A model generated the notes under the pieces. That model was not told where the DNA came from. It ran no database searches and saw nothing but the letters and a program-made list of their open reading frames with translations. Of a DNA stretch of 64,000 nt, positions 26,892-37,305 are shown one piece after another. The position numbers and the translations under genes were made by a program. The first letter of the stretch is position 1. Each line of letters starts with the position of its first letter. Source of the stretch: Vicinamibacterales bacterium (GTDB taxonomy: Bacteria; Acidobacteriota; Vicinamibacteria; Vicinamibacterales; UBA8438); assembly GCA_965207675.1 (NCBI GenBank), contig CBDBMY010000008.1, positions 344,291 through 408,290 on the forward strand, written 5' to 3'.

Positions 26892-28396
26892 TTGGCGTGC
26901 GTCGGCGTCGGGGTCGTCTCGGCCGGCGGCTCCAGGGGCAGACGGTCCTGGCCGGCGGTGAGGATGTTCCTGACGGTGAGGAAGCGGCAGGCGCCGAGAG
27001 CCAGCGCGCGGGCGCAGGCCGCCTCGAGTCGGGTGTTGCCGTAACGCCGTCCCAACTGCATGATGCCGAGACAGGGCCGATATCCCTGCTCGGGGTGCGG
27101 GCGGCTCTCGAGGATGCGGGCGACGAGCTGACCGGTCGCCGGCCCGACCTTCTCGGCCCAGCGGATGAGGCGGGAGGGCGTCCACTCGGCGTGCGCGCGG
27201 TGGGCGCTGGGCATGTGCTCGGCCACCGTGGACCGCTGTCGGTCGTAGCGCCGGCGGTGCGACGCCACGCGCTTGTCGCGGTGCAAGACCTCGAGGGTGC
27301 TCGTCGTGTAGCGGACCTCGACCTGCTCGCGGACCAGTTGGTACGGCACGCTGTAGAGGTGGTGCTAGACCTCGACGTGGTAGTCGATGTTGACGCGGCA
27401 CAGCTTCCACCGCGCCAGGACGTATCGAGTGGTCGGCGGGGGCCGCAGCGCCGGGCGGTCGAGCTGCTCGTAGAGGACGCGGCGGCTGACGCCGAGCTTC
27501 TTCATCGGCCGGTCGTTGAGCTCGTCGAGGAGGACACGGATCGCCCGGTTCATCGGGCCGAGCTCGAAGAAGGTCTCGTTGCGGAGGCGGGCCAGAATCC
27601 ACCGCTGGGCCACGAGCACGCTGTTCTCGACCGCAGCCTTGTCCCGGGGCTTTCTCGGCCGCGCCGGGACGACGACGGCGCCGTAGTGAGCGGCGAGGTC
27701 CTCGTAGGTGCGGTTGACGTCGGGCTCGTAGCGGCAGGGGCGGGTGACGGCGCTTCGGAGCTGGTCGGGGATCCACAGCGCGGTGGCGCCGCCGAAGTAG
27801 TCCACCATGTGGACGTGCGCGTCGACCCAGTCCGGCAGTTGCTGGGTCTCGGTCGCCTCGGCGTAGGTCAACTTGCTGGCGCCGAGGACGGCGACGAACA
27901 GCTCGACGCGCCGCAGCTCGCCCGTGCGTCGGTCGACCAGGGGGGGCCGCTTCCCGGAGAAGTCGATGAAGGTCTTCTCGCCGGCGCGGTGCACTTGGCG
28001 CATCGACGGCCGGAGCCGCCGCGCCCACTGCCGGTAGATCTCACAGAACTGAGTGTAGCGGTAGCCGGTCGGATGGACCTGGAGGTACTCCTCCCAGAGG
28101 AGCTGCAGGGTGACGCCGTCGCGCCTGAGCTCGCGGTGGATGTGCGCGCAGTCGGGCCGGGCCCGGTCGTGCACCGGCGCGTCGCGGGGAAACAGTCGAG
28201 CCGCCAGCGCCGTGTCGTCGAGCTCCGGCGGCAACGGCCAGCCGAGGCCGCGGCGCTCCGCCCGCTCCAGGTAGCGGGAAACCGTGCCCGGACCGATGAC
28301 GCAGGCCTGAGCGATCTCCCGGTGGGACAGGCCCTGCTCGTACCTGAGTCGTAGGATCTTCCGAATCTTCCGCATCAGCAGCCTCCGAGCCGGCAT
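26892..28396 (-). pseudogene. istA: IS21-family IstA transposase, with an internal TAG and interrupted near its 3' end by the RIT insertion
   Basis: The HTH is IRKILRLRYEQGLSHREIAQACVIGPGTVSRYL. DDE core elements are ..FIDFSGKR..VAVLGASKLTYAEAT..PRKPRDKAAVENSV. There is an in-frame TAG at 27365-27367 (NIDYHVEV*HHLYSVPYQL). The frame reads ..PTPTHANIR up to the RIT element; the last 15 codons (GADYYAATTTQEDPC*) continue on the far side of RIT1, overlapping the istB start at 23388. Confidence 0.85.
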
Positions 28397-28475
28397 CGCC
28401 TCGCCCTCCTCGTCGCAAAGGGCGAAGCATGCCGCGGTCAGGCTACCGACGAGCTCTCACGATCCTCGGACCGGG

Positions 28476-28604
28476 GGTGATCCCCTTCCTCCGGAAGTGA
28501 TCCACTTCGGCCGAAAGCGATCCACTTCGGCCGAAATCGGTGATCCACTTCGACCGGAATCAGCGATCCACTTCCGCCGAAATGAGCGATCCACTTGGGC
28601 CGAA
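28476..28604. repeat. Six tandem 20-23-bp repeats (GATCCACTTCGGCCGAAA core), probably the multi-repeat left end of the IS21 element
   Basis: Copies are at 28476, 28496, 28516, 28536, 28559 and 28582. The array lies 80 bp upstream of the istA start and ends where the IS91 reading frame breaks. IS21-family ends are known to carry multiple direct repeats. Confidence 0.6.
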
Positions 28605-29208
28605 ATACGCAGAATGGGGTGGAAGCCGGGTGGCGGCACGTGGAGGAGCATGCGCCGGATGAACTCGGTCGCGGTCAGCGTCAGCGTCTTCCGGCGGCAC
28701 GCGCCGGCCCGGCGGTAGTCGGTGTAGCGGAGGCGCACGGAGCCGTCGTCGAGGCTGCACAGGCGCTGGTTGCCGATGGCGATGCGGTGGGTGTAGCGCG
28801 CGAGGTAGTCGAGGACCTGTGCGGGGGGCCGGCGAAGGGCCGCGTCGCGTAGACCACGTACTCGGCCTTTCGGGCCGGGCGGAGAAGCTCGGGGAATCGC
28901 CGGGGGTCGTTGGGGGGCTGCTGCCGGCCGGCGAAGCGCAGGCGCTCGGACTCGAGGGCGTCCTCCAGCGCCTGGACGAGCACCCGAGGGAATGTAGCGT
29001 GACAGGACCCGGACCGGGCCGGAAGAAGCCGGGACGGCAGGCAACCCACGCGCTGCCGTCGGCTGCGAGCCCCCCCACCCGGGATGACGCAGTGCAGATG
29101 CGGGTGATGGGACGAGCGCCTGGCCCTAGGTGTGGAGGACGGCGAAGAAGCCGATCTCAGCGCGGAGGTGGCGAGGGTCGGCGGCGATCGTGCGGAGCGT
29201 CTCGGCGA

Positions 29209-30702
29209 CGAGGTATAACCGAAAGTTGTGGATCGCGGCGTGAGGCAGGTGGCGTACCCTTCCGTGTGAACAACGCAAGACACCCTGGCAGGCAAGGCCG
29301 GGGGGAAGGAGACACCACCCATGCTGACGGTACCCGACAACAGGAACGAAGACAACCCCGCGGTCGTCGCCGACGCGCCCACGACGGCGTCGGCTGGTGA
29401 GGGGGTCGGCAGCGGCGGGGCTGACGGGCCGCGGAACGTGCCGCCGACGCTGGACACGTTGGCTCGCGAAGGGGCACGGCGGATGCTGATGACGGCCCTG
29501 GAGGCCGAGGTGACGGAGTACATCGAGCGGTTCGCGGAGGTGCGCGATGCGGACGGGCACCCGCTGGTGGTGCGGAACGGCCAGGCGCAGGAGCGCACGG
29601 TGACCTGCGGGGCGGGCACATGGCCGGTGCGGGCGCCGCGGGTGAACGACAAGCGGGTCGATGCCGATGGCTCGCGTGAACGGTTCACCAGCCGCATTCT
29701 GCCTCCCTATATGCGTCGCTCTCCGCAGGTTTCCGAGGTGCTGCCGCTGCTGTATCTGCGGGGTCTGTCGACGGGCGATTTCCGGGAGGCGCTGCCGGCG
29801 TTGCTGGGGGAGGACGCGGCGGGCCTGAGCCCGACGACGATCTCGCGGCTGACGACGGTCTGGGACGAGGAGTACCAGGCGTTCCGGCGCCACGACTTGT
29901 CGGGGAGCGACTACGTCTACGTCTGGGTTGACGGGATTCACTTCAACATCCGGCTTGAGGAGGACCGTCTGTGCACGCTGGTGGTGATCGGGGTGAAAGC
30001 GGACGGCACGAAGGAGCTGGTGGCGCTGGAGGACGGCTACCGGGAGAGCCAGGAGAACTGGGCGAGCGTGCTGCGGGACCTGCGGGGCCGCGGTCTGCGG
30101 GCGCCGGCGGTGGCGATTGGGGACGGGGCGCTGGGCTTCTGGTCGGCGTTGCGGGACGTGTGGCCGGAGACGACGGTGCAGCGGGACTGGTGCCACAAGC
30201 TGGCCAACGTGCTCGACAAGCTGCCGAAGCGTCTTCGGCCGCGTGCGAAGCGGGCGCTGCGGGACACCATGTATGCGTCGACGAAGGCCGACGCGGAGCG
30301 TGGCATCGACACCTTCGTCGCCGAGTTCGAGGCGAAGTACCCGAAGGCAGCGGCGTGCCTGGCGGAGGACCGGGAGGCGCTGCTGGCGTTCTTCGACTTC
30401 CCGGCGGAGCACTGGCTCCACCTGCGGACTTCGAATGTGATCGAATCGGTGTTCGCGACGGTGCGTCTTCGGCAGCGCGTGACCAAGGGCGCGGGTTCGC
30501 GGACCAAGGGGCTGCTGATGGCCTACAAGCTGGTGGCGATGGCGCAGCGGCGATGGCGCCGGCTGAACGGCGCACACCTGCTGCCCTTGGTCCGGGCTGG
30601 CGTCGTCTTCGTCGATGGCGTCATCCAGACGGAGAGAGAGGATCGGAAGGAAGCCGCCTGATCACGTCACGGGCCGATCCACAACATTTGACAATTCCTC
30701 CG
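29209..30702 (+). mobile_element. IS256-family insertion sequence
   Basis: Imperfect ~26-bp inverted repeats are GAGGTATAACCGAAAGTTGTGGATCG at the left end and CGATCCACAACATTTGACAATTCCTC at the right end. A 9-bp direct repeat CTCGGCGAC occurs at 29200-29208 and 30703-30711, with 2 nt ambiguous at the right junction. Confidence 0.8.
29321..30661 (+). CDS. IS256-family (Mutator-type) transposase
   Basis: This is a 446-aa track ORF with ..LLYLRGLSTGDF.., YVYVWVDGIHFNIRLEEDRLCTLVVIGVKADGTKELVAL and ..QRDWCHKLANVL..TSNVIESVFATVR, the typical IS256 layout. Confidence 0.9.
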   Translation: MLTVPDNRNEDNPAVVADAPTTASAGEGVGSGGADGPRNVPPTLDTLAREGARRMLMTALEAEVTEYIERFAEVRDADGHPLVVRNGQAQERTVTCGAGTWPVRAPRVNDKRVDADGSRERFTSRILPPYMRRSPQVSEVLPLLYLRGLSTGDFREALPALLGEDAAGLSPTTISRLTTVWDEEYQAFRRHDLSGSDYVYVWVDGIHFNIRLEEDRLCTLVVIGVKADGTKELVALEDGYRESQENWASVLRDLRGRGLRAPAVAIGDGALGFWSALRDVWPETTVQRDWCHKLANVLDKLPKRLRPRAKRALRDTMYASTKADAERGIDTFVAEFEAKYPKAAACLAEDREALLAFFDFPAEHWLHLRTSNVIESVFATVRLRQRVTKGAGSRTKGLLMAYKLVAMAQRRWRRLNGAHLLPLVRAGVVFVDGVIQTEREDRKEAA

Positions 30703-31446
30703 CTCGGCGACCGCCCGGAAGAGGAGACCGTAGACCACGGTCTTGTTCTGGATGGCGACCTCGGCGACCGCCGGCGGGACGGTGAAGACGAAGTGGAATA
30801 CTCGGTGGGCAGCAGGTCCGCCCGGCGCCGTTCGAGCCAAGCGGCGCGGGCCAGCGACTGACAGGTCGGGCAGTGGCGGTTGCGACAGGAGTTGTACCAG
30901 ACGTGGCGGTGGCCGCAACGGTCGCACTGCTCGACATGGCCGCCGAGGGCGGCGGTGCGGCACTGCTCGATGGCCGTCATCACCCGGCGTTGCGCCGTGG
31001 AGAGGACGGCCCCGGCCTGGGCCCGGAAGGTGTCGCCGTAGCGGCGGAAGACCTCCGCCTTGGTGAGCGCGCCGCGTGGCACGCCCGTCGCTCAGTTGAC
31101 GTCCGGGCCGCGTTGCGGTTCGGGCCTTGGCAGGAGGTCCAGCGGACTCGCGGTCGAGCAGACGGTGGAAGTCGGGGCCCGCAGGTAGTTGGCCGTGGTC
31201 TGCAGTGGTGGGACGATCTGGCTGGCCGCCCTCAGGGTCGGCTGGTCGATTCAGCGTCTACCGCGGAGCGGTTTGCTGCGAAATACTGGTGGCCGCCCAG
31301 GCAGACGGATCCCGCCTCGACCGGAAGTCGAAGAAGAAGACGGGCGGATGACGCGCTGCCCCTCTGCACCGTCTCGAACCATGGGCTGCCCCGAGTACCC
31401 GCTTGTCGAGCCTACGGCCCGAGGGTGCGCACGGCGATGGAGGACC

Positions 31447-32200
31447 TCAGCCTACCGGCACACCCTTCTCGGGCCGCCGCACCGAGACGGTGCCGTCGTC
31501 GTTGTCCACGAGGATGTCGAACCTGCGCAGCGTGCGCAGCCAGCGGGGCGCGTTGCGCTTGACGAGGAGTGCTTCGTAGTCCGCAGCCGGGTCGCGGTAG
31601 GGCCTTCCGTCACGCAGGACCGCGAAGACGCAGCGAGCGAGCTTGTGCGCGTTGGCGACGACAGCGCGCTTGTAGCCGCGGCGCACGGTGAGCGCCTTCT
31701 GGTACGACTGGAACTGGCAGCCCTTGGTGCGCGCGGCGGCATGGGCGCACTCGACGAGCACGGCGCGTAGCGTGCGGCTGCCGGGGGGCGGCTGCGCCCT
31801 GTGCAACGCTTGCCGGCACTCTCGTTGTTGCCGGGGCACAGCCCGGCCCAGGAGGCGAGGCGGCCTTGCGACCGCGCAGCTGCTTCACGTGCTGCGCGTG
31901 CAGCAACTGCGCCTCGATGCCGGCCGCGACGAGGGCTCGCCATGGCGCCTGCCAGTAGACGCCGGTCCCCTCCAGGGCCGCCGCCTCGACACCGTGCCCG
32001 GTCAGCCGCTGCGCTTGCAGGGCTCCGCGCTGGCCGCGGCGGAGCCGGACCTCTCGTCCAGCGGCCCGGCTGTGTTGCAGGCGTTGCGGGGCCGCAAGAG
32101 CGAGAAGAGGGAAAGCCCGCGCACCAGGGCGACGACGCCGCTCCGGCCCGACCGGTTGGCGATGCGGTGCGTGCACGGGCTAGCGATCTCCTCGGGGAGC
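31447..32200 (-). pseudogene. IS110-family transposase remnant (frameshifts and deletions)
   Basis: The DEDD N-terminal part is ..EGTGVYWQAPWRALVAAGIEAQLLHAQHVKQLRGRK. ..RLASWAGLCPGNNESAGKR.. appears in another frame. The C-terminus is RRGYKRAVVANAHKLARCVFAVLRDGRPY. Confidence 0.65.
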
Positions 32201-32346
32201 CGCACCGGGCAGGTCGAACGGTTACGAAGCCACCAGATGCAGCGCCGCGGATCGTGTCTGGACTGCCAGCCGGACTGCCAGCCGTTTGTGACGGAATGAG
32301 ATGGTTTCTGACGGATTCTGACGTGTTCAGTCCGCAGAAATTCTCA

Positions 32347-33207
32347 ATGAATCCGGCATCCATTGAGGTTTCTGCGGATCTCGATACAGACTCCCAGGGC
32401 CGGGGTGCGCCGTCTTCCGAGAGCGCGCAGGCGAAGGGTGCGCCGCCCGCCGGGAATGCGCAGGCCGAGCAGGGCTCTGGCGACTCGGGGCGGCCGGACC
32501 GGTGGGGGCGGATCTTGTCGGAGCAGGCGACGTCGGCGTCGGACGACTCGGGCGAGCTGATCGAGCCGCTGCGCGACTTGGAGTCCGGCGAGGGCGGACT
32601 CGGCCGGGACCGCGCGCTGCTGGCGGCGGAAGCGGTGGGCGCGCTCTTCTCGGCGCCGGGCGGGATGTCGGTCCGGGAGAACGCGGCGCTGGTCATCCGC
32701 GAGCTCGCCCGCGCCGGCGTCGACGTCGGCAAGATGCTCGCGGCGATCGCGGAGGTCTCGGCGCGGGACCGGGCGGAGGTGGCCGCGGGCGAGTTGCGCG
32801 ACGGACTGAAGGACGTGCTCGCCCTGGTGCACCGGATGGCGGCGGCGACCACGTCGCGGGTCGGCGGGCATCTGAGCGGCTTCGACGAGCGCGCCCAGGG
32901 CGTGATCACGTCGGCGCTGATGGCGCAGGCGGTACTCGACCGGGTGGAGGCCGGCAGCCGGAGGTTGATCGCGCGGGTCGACGAGGTCCAGCGGATGGCG
33001 GAGCAGATGGCGTCCGGGGTCGCGGCAACCAAAGACGAACCCGAGAATATAGCGCCTCACGTCCGCCAGGACAGATTCAGACCGGGAAGGGGTGCTGCGG
33101 GGAGGCTGGCAACAAGTTGGCATACTTATCTGCGGAGACGAATCGGAGGAAGTGGATGTTCCAGGATGACAAGTTCTATTGCACGGACGACCCCGCGCTG
33201 CTGGTGA
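32347..33207 (+). CDS. Hypothetical acidic, Ala-rich helical protein
   Basis: I trimmed track ORF 31801..33207 to the first ATG beyond the IS110 remnant (MNPASIEVSADLD..). It contains ..ALVIRELARAGVDVGKMLAAIAEVSARDRAEVAAGELRDGLKDVLALVHRM... I recognise no family. Confidence 0.45.
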   Translation: MNPASIEVSADLDTDSQGRGAPSSESAQAKGAPPAGNAQAEQGSGDSGRPDRWGRILSEQATSASDDSGELIEPLRDLESGEGGLGRDRALLAAEAVGALFSAPGGMSVRENAALVIRELARAGVDVGKMLAAIAEVSARDRAEVAAGELRDGLKDVLALVHRMAAATTSRVGGHLSGFDERAQGVITSALMAQAVLDRVEAGSRRLIARVDEVQRMAEQMASGVAATKDEPENIAPHVRQDRFRPGRGAAGRLATSWHTYLRRRIGGSGCSRMTSSIARTTPRCW

Positions 33208-33377
33208 TCGGCAGCCGCCAGACTCTGGCCCACTGGAGATGCCAAGGCCGCGGCCCAGCTTACAGTAAGGCCGGCCGACGCGTACTCTACGCCGGCTCCG
33301 AGCTGAATCTGTGGATAGCAGCTCAGACCGTCAGGCCGGTGAAGCGCCCCCCACCGGCGAACGAGCCGTCAACATAG
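33156..33377 (+). CDS. AlpA/excisionase-like small HTH protein
   Basis: ATG 33156 follows GGAGGA. MFQDDKFYCTDDPALLVIGSRQTLAHWRCQGRGPAYSKAGRRVLYAGSELNLWI fits the ..T...W...G.GP...K.G..V.Y....L..W. pattern. Confidence 0.6.
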   Translation: MFQDDKFYCTDDPALLVIGSRQTLAHWRCQGRGPAYSKAGRRVLYAGSELNLWIAAQTVRPVKRPPPANEPST

Positions 33378-33404
33378 TTGGCATGCACCTGGCCATACGT
33401 CGAA

Positions 33405-33750
33405 GGCGGCCGCCGCGGCCGTCGCCGGGGCGTCGAGCGCTCGCGGGCATGGTCGGCAGCCAGCGCCGGCGGCCCCGTCGCGGGCGGCGCTCGTCGAGGG
33501 TGGCCGCCGCGGCCGTCGCCGGGGCGTCGAGCGCTCGCGGGCATGGTCGGCAGCCATCGCCGGCGGCCCCGTCGCGGGCGGGGCCCATCGAGGGTGGCCG
33601 CCGCGGCCGTCGCCGGGGCGTCGAGCGCTCGCGGGCGTGGTCGGCAGCCAGCGCCGGCGGCGGGCGTCGAGGGTGGTCGTCGCGGCCGTCGCCGGGGCGT
33701 CGAGCGCTCGCGGACGTGGGTCGGCAGCCAGCGCTGGCGGCGGACGTGTG
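33405..33750. repeat. Tandem repeat, ~4 copies of a 79-96-bp GC-rich unit
   Basis: Units start at about 33405, 33501, 33595 and 33674. The core is GGCCGCCGCGGCCGTCGCCGGGGCGTCGAGCGCTCGCGGGCATGGTCGGCAGCCAGCGCCGGCGG, which contains the small palindromes GGCCGC/GCGGCC and CGAGCGCTCG. Confidence 0.85.
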
Positions 33751-34374
33751 GCTAGAAGGGTCGACCATCAGGCCGGGGCAGACGCCTGGAGCTCGCTGGC
33801 GTCGAGCACACGGTGTCAATGGCAACTGAAAAACTGCACACCTCTGACAACTGAAAACTGCACACTTCAGGGGGACGTCTGACGCCCTGGCGACAGCGAA
33901 AACTGACCCCCGAAGAAACGGCGTATACGGATCGACTTCCGGCGGTCCACCGCGTCCCGTGAGCGTCGTGGACGGCCGGGACGCCCCGTCCAGGCCGGGC
34001 CGCAAGGCCCATAACTGCCATCCGAGCCGCGGGGCGGACGGGGTGTCACCCGCAGGGCCGTAGCGGAGTATCCATGTGTTCAGCGTCAACTATTTCTGCC
34101 GCTCGTGTTGCCTCATTTGAGGATGTTACCCGCTACCCTCAGAATGATCGTACCCGCGGTTTCGGGCGAATCGCGAGCCGGCGGCGCCCCTGGCCGGGAA
34201 CTGGCTGCCCGGTGGTTCACCCTGGACCGAAGGAGCCACGGGGTGGGCGGCGTGTCAGCGGTGGATGCAGCGGTGGATGCGCTGCTCCCGCCGGTCGGTC
34301 ACCTCGAGCTGCACCCGTTCACCCGCACGCCACCTGCCGTCCTCGGCAGACCGTTCGGGGTGTTCCTGGGTCCG

Positions 34375-36159
34375 TTACGTAACGGTGTTGCAATTGCCTG
34401 GTGGTATTCTTCGGTCGAGCGGCACGACCGCCCCCCGGTCCCCTGGGTGGGCGGCCATCGCCTTCCCGAACTCTCCCGCGCACGCGACACCAGCCCACCG
34501 TCTCGTCGCCGACGTTGACGCCGACTCCCACCGGCTCCCGTCCGGCGCGTCATCGGGAATACCGGCGGTCTGCCGCGTCCCGTGGCGAGTCAGGACCGAT
34601 GGCGCCGAGTCGGAAGCCAAGTCGTTGGAATCGGCGTCTGGACTCGGTGACGCAGCAGCGCCTCGGGGCGCTCCGATCGGATCGGCAAACACGAGACGGC
34701 GGGCGGCGAGACGCCGCCAGTCCTTGACGCGGCGCTGCAGAGTCCGGAGCTGGCCCGGGAGGAACATCCCCGGGTGCTCTTGCCGCAGACGGCCGAAGAG
34801 CTCCTTCGCCGTCCGATGCGGTTCCGCCTCGAGCCACTCGATCACACGGCGCCACGTCGTCTCGAACGGATCCTTCCGAGTACGCCAGTGTCGCGGCGGT
34901 CTCTTGCGAGGCCGGTGCGTCGGCCGCACCTCACCAGCCCGCCATGCCAGCGCCAAGCTCCGCAGAAAGCCGTCGAGGTCGGCATTGCGTTGCGGCATCG
35001 GATGAACCGTCGAGCCCGCAGCCAGTCCGGCCAGATGATGTTGAACCGCACGGATCTCGTCCAGCAACCCGAGCGGATCCAGGGTCCCGGCCAGCGCCCG
35101 CAGACGGTCCTTCATCACGGCGGGAACCGTGTCCGAGGCGAGCAACCGCGCGCACGGCGTCGCCGGCGCGTGGTAGCGCTTGTGGACGCGGGCGCCGACC
35201 CGGGTCTTCTCGGCGAGCTTGAACGACGGCTGGAACACGTTCACGAACAGGCGCGCCGCCGAGTACAGGCGGGCCAGCGCTTCGGCGCCGGCCATGCCTT
35301 CCAGACGGCCATACCCCACCAGTCGGCGCACGACCGCGCCGTTCTTCTGCTCGACCCAGGCCTGGTCGTTCTTCCGATACGGCCTGGACCGCGTCAGCTC
35401 GATGCCGTGCTCCTTGCAGAAGCCGATCAACACCTCGTTGAGGAACTCGCTGCCGTTGTCGGTGTCGATCCCGCGCAGCGGAAACGGGAGGGCGCCGCGG
35501 AGCCGATCCACCGCGTCGACCACGACGCCTGCTTCACGCACGAGCAGCGGAACGCACTCGGTCCAGCCGCTGGCGATATCGGTCAGCACCAGCGTCCAGA
35601 CGAAGCTGCCGGCCATCGACGATCCACAGTGCGCGACGAGGTCGGCCTCGACGAAGCCCGGCGCCGGATCCTGCCAATCGCCGAACGTGCGCACCGGAAC
35701 CCTGCCCCGTACGCGCTCGCCCCCGGAACGACGGCGCCGGCGCTGACCGGCCGTCACCGTCCTGGCAGGCGCCAAGCGGCGGTCGATCGTGGCCGCGCTC
35801 ACCGCCATCAGCTGCTCGCGCACCCGCGGGTCCAGGGTCAGGTGCCCGTGCCGCTCGAGTGCCGGCACGAGGGTCGGCAGCAACGCCTTCAGGCGCTTCC
35901 CGCACACGCGGTCCGATGCCTCCCACAGCACCACCAAGCCCTCGGTCACGGCCTCGTCGTACAAAGACCGGCGTCCTCGCGGTCTCGCCGCCGTTGCCGA
36001 GTTTCCGTTCAGGACTCGGATGGCGTGCTTGCGGTGGTACCCGGTGAGCGCGACGAACTCGTCCAGGATCCGCCCCCTCTCGGCTGGCGTGCTCCGCTGA
36101 TATCGCTCGATCACGGTCGCCACCAGCTCGCGCCTCCCCTCCGGACTCATCGTCGGCAT
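34375..36159 (-). CDS. DDE transposase with rve (integrase core) domain, ISNCY/IS481-like
   Basis: MPTMSPEGRRELVATVIERYQRS..GYHRKHAIRVL forms the HTH part. GFVEADLVAHCG..LTDIASGWTE..GIDTDNGSEFLN..NDQAWVEQKNGAVVRR forms the DDE core. The C-terminal region is long. Confidence 0.85.
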   Translation of the reverse strand: MPTMSPEGRRELVATVIERYQRSTPAERGRILDEFVALTGYHRKHAIRVLNGNSATAARPRGRRSLYDEAVTEGLVVLWEASDRVCGKRLKALLPTLVPALERHGHLTLDPRVREQLMAVSAATIDRRLAPARTVTAGQRRRRRSGGERVRGRVPVRTFGDWQDPAPGFVEADLVAHCGSSMAGSFVWTLVLTDIASGWTECVPLLVREAGVVVDAVDRLRGALPFPLRGIDTDNGSEFLNEVLIGFCKEHGIELTRSRPYRKNDQAWVEQKNGAVVRRLVGYGRLEGMAGAEALARLYSAARLFVNVFQPSFKLAEKTRVGARVHKRYHAPATPCARLLASDTVPAVMKDRLRALAGTLDPLGLLDEIRAVQHHLAGLAAGSTVHPMPQRNADLDGFLRSLALAWRAGEVRPTHRPRKRPPRHWRTRKDPFETTWRRVIEWLEAEPHRTAKELFGRLRQEHPGMFLPGQLRTLQRRVKDWRRLAARRLVFADPIGAPRGAAASPSPDADSNDLASDSAPSVLTRHGTRQTAGIPDDAPDGSRWESASTSATRRWAGVACAGEFGKAMAAHPGDRGAVVPLDRRIPPGNCNTVT

Positions 36160-36565
36160 CGTGCCTCCCTTCGGTAGCAGGAATTCTGAGGCAATGATGC
36201 TCGCCCGGTAGCAGATCAGGCGAGGCAATGCATGGGAAATCTACAGTTGTCGCCAACACCGACACCCCGGCGCCGTACGAACGCTCCGGCGAGTCGTCGC
36301 CCGGGCCGCGAGCCGGGCGGCTCGCCTGATCAGCAACCAGTCCAACTGGACGACCGGACGGGCTTGGGGCAGCCCCGACGATAGGGACCTGATCTGCACC
36401 AGCGACATCATCGAGGAGCTCGAGGCCGCAGCCGCCACCCCCGCCGGGAGACGTGCGGCCCCGCGGTTCGAGCAGGGGTGCTTCTGCCTCGAAGCGGTCC
36501 TCGCGTACGCCCACGCCGTCGAGGCTCAGAAGGTACGCGGGGCCGCGGGGGCCGCCGACGCCGAG

Positions 36566-36958
36566 ATGCAGGCGGCCACGCTCCGCCTGCCCCCGCCGCT
36601 CTACACCCACGGGGACGACCGCGCCGACGTCTTCGACTGGAACAGCGAGACAACGCCGGCAGCCGTCCTCGCGTGGCGGGACGTCTGGAACACGCCCGAG
36701 GTCCTGCGCGTGAGGGCCCTCCACCCCGAGACCCTGATGACGAAACACACCGACAGCATGTCGGGAGCCATCGTGAACTGGAACGACGAGCGCAAGTACG
36801 ACGCCGACACCGGCACGACCCGGCGCGCCCGCGACCACGCCGAGATCACCGGTATGGCAACCGCCCTGGAAACCGCCGCCGCGCGGCTCGAACGCGAACT
36901 CCCGCCCCTCGGATCGGTCCAGAACCAAGGCACGACGCCCGCGGCGCCGACGATCTAG
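36566..36958 (+). CDS. Hypothetical protein, possibly 5'-truncated by the adjacent transposase element
   Basis: This is a track ORF. I checked that the same frame stays open back to ~36214 with no ATG, GTG or TTG (..DLICTSDIIEELEAAAATPAGRRAAPRFEQGCFCLEAVLAYAHAVEAQK..). I recognise no family. Confidence 0.4.
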   Translation: MQAATLRLPPPLYTHGDDRADVFDWNSETTPAAVLAWRDVWNTPEVLRVRALHPETLMTKHTDSMSGAIVNWNDERKYDADTGTTRRARDHAEITGMATALETAAARLERELPPLGSVQNQGTTPAAPTI

Positions 36959-37074
36959 CCAATCACGAAAGACGGCGGACGTCAGGTTGACCAGGTCCTG
37001 GCACCGCTCGACCAGGGCAGGAAAACACCCGGAACTGAACGGCCGGGCACCCAGGCCCATGACAACCGAGAGCC

Positions 37075-37305
37075 ATGGAACAGACGATACGGCCGTTCCC
37101 GGCCCACCCCTGTGACGAAGACCCGGCCTGCGGCCGGCCCGGGGGCCACACCCCACCCTGCTCGACGATCACCCGGTGCCAGGCGTGCGGAGAGCAGCCC
37201 GTGATGAGCTGCCCCGCATGCAGAGGCACAGGCCACGTCTACCACGCGATCGACGGCCACCCGGCCCGACACCGCGCCGGCATTACCGATCGCTCTACAC
37301 GGTAG
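37075..37305 (+). CDS. Small Cys-rich zinc-ribbon-like protein
   Basis: CDEDPAC..C..CQACGEQPVMSCPACRGTGHV includes a CxxCxGxG motif, as in the DnaJ zinc-finger repeat. The ORF is short, so coding status is uncertain. Confidence 0.4.
   Translation: MEQTIRPFPAHPCDEDPACGRPGGHTPPCSTITRCQACGEQPVMSCPACRGTGHVYHAIDGHPARHRAGITDRSTR

Larger units (their letters stand above)
28605..31082 (-). pseudogene. IS91-family (HUH, rolling-circle) transposase, frameshifted, split by IS256 and cut at the 3' end by IS21
   Basis: The zinc-binding N-terminus is CDRCGHRHVWYNSCRNRHCPTCQ. The sequence runs FHFVFTVPPAVAEVA..LLFRAVAE | IS256 | TLRTIAADPRHLRAEIGFFAVLHT, then HHPHLHCVIPGGG, then YLARYTHRIAIGNQRL..EFIRRMLLHVPPPGFHPI. 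Confidence 0.75.
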
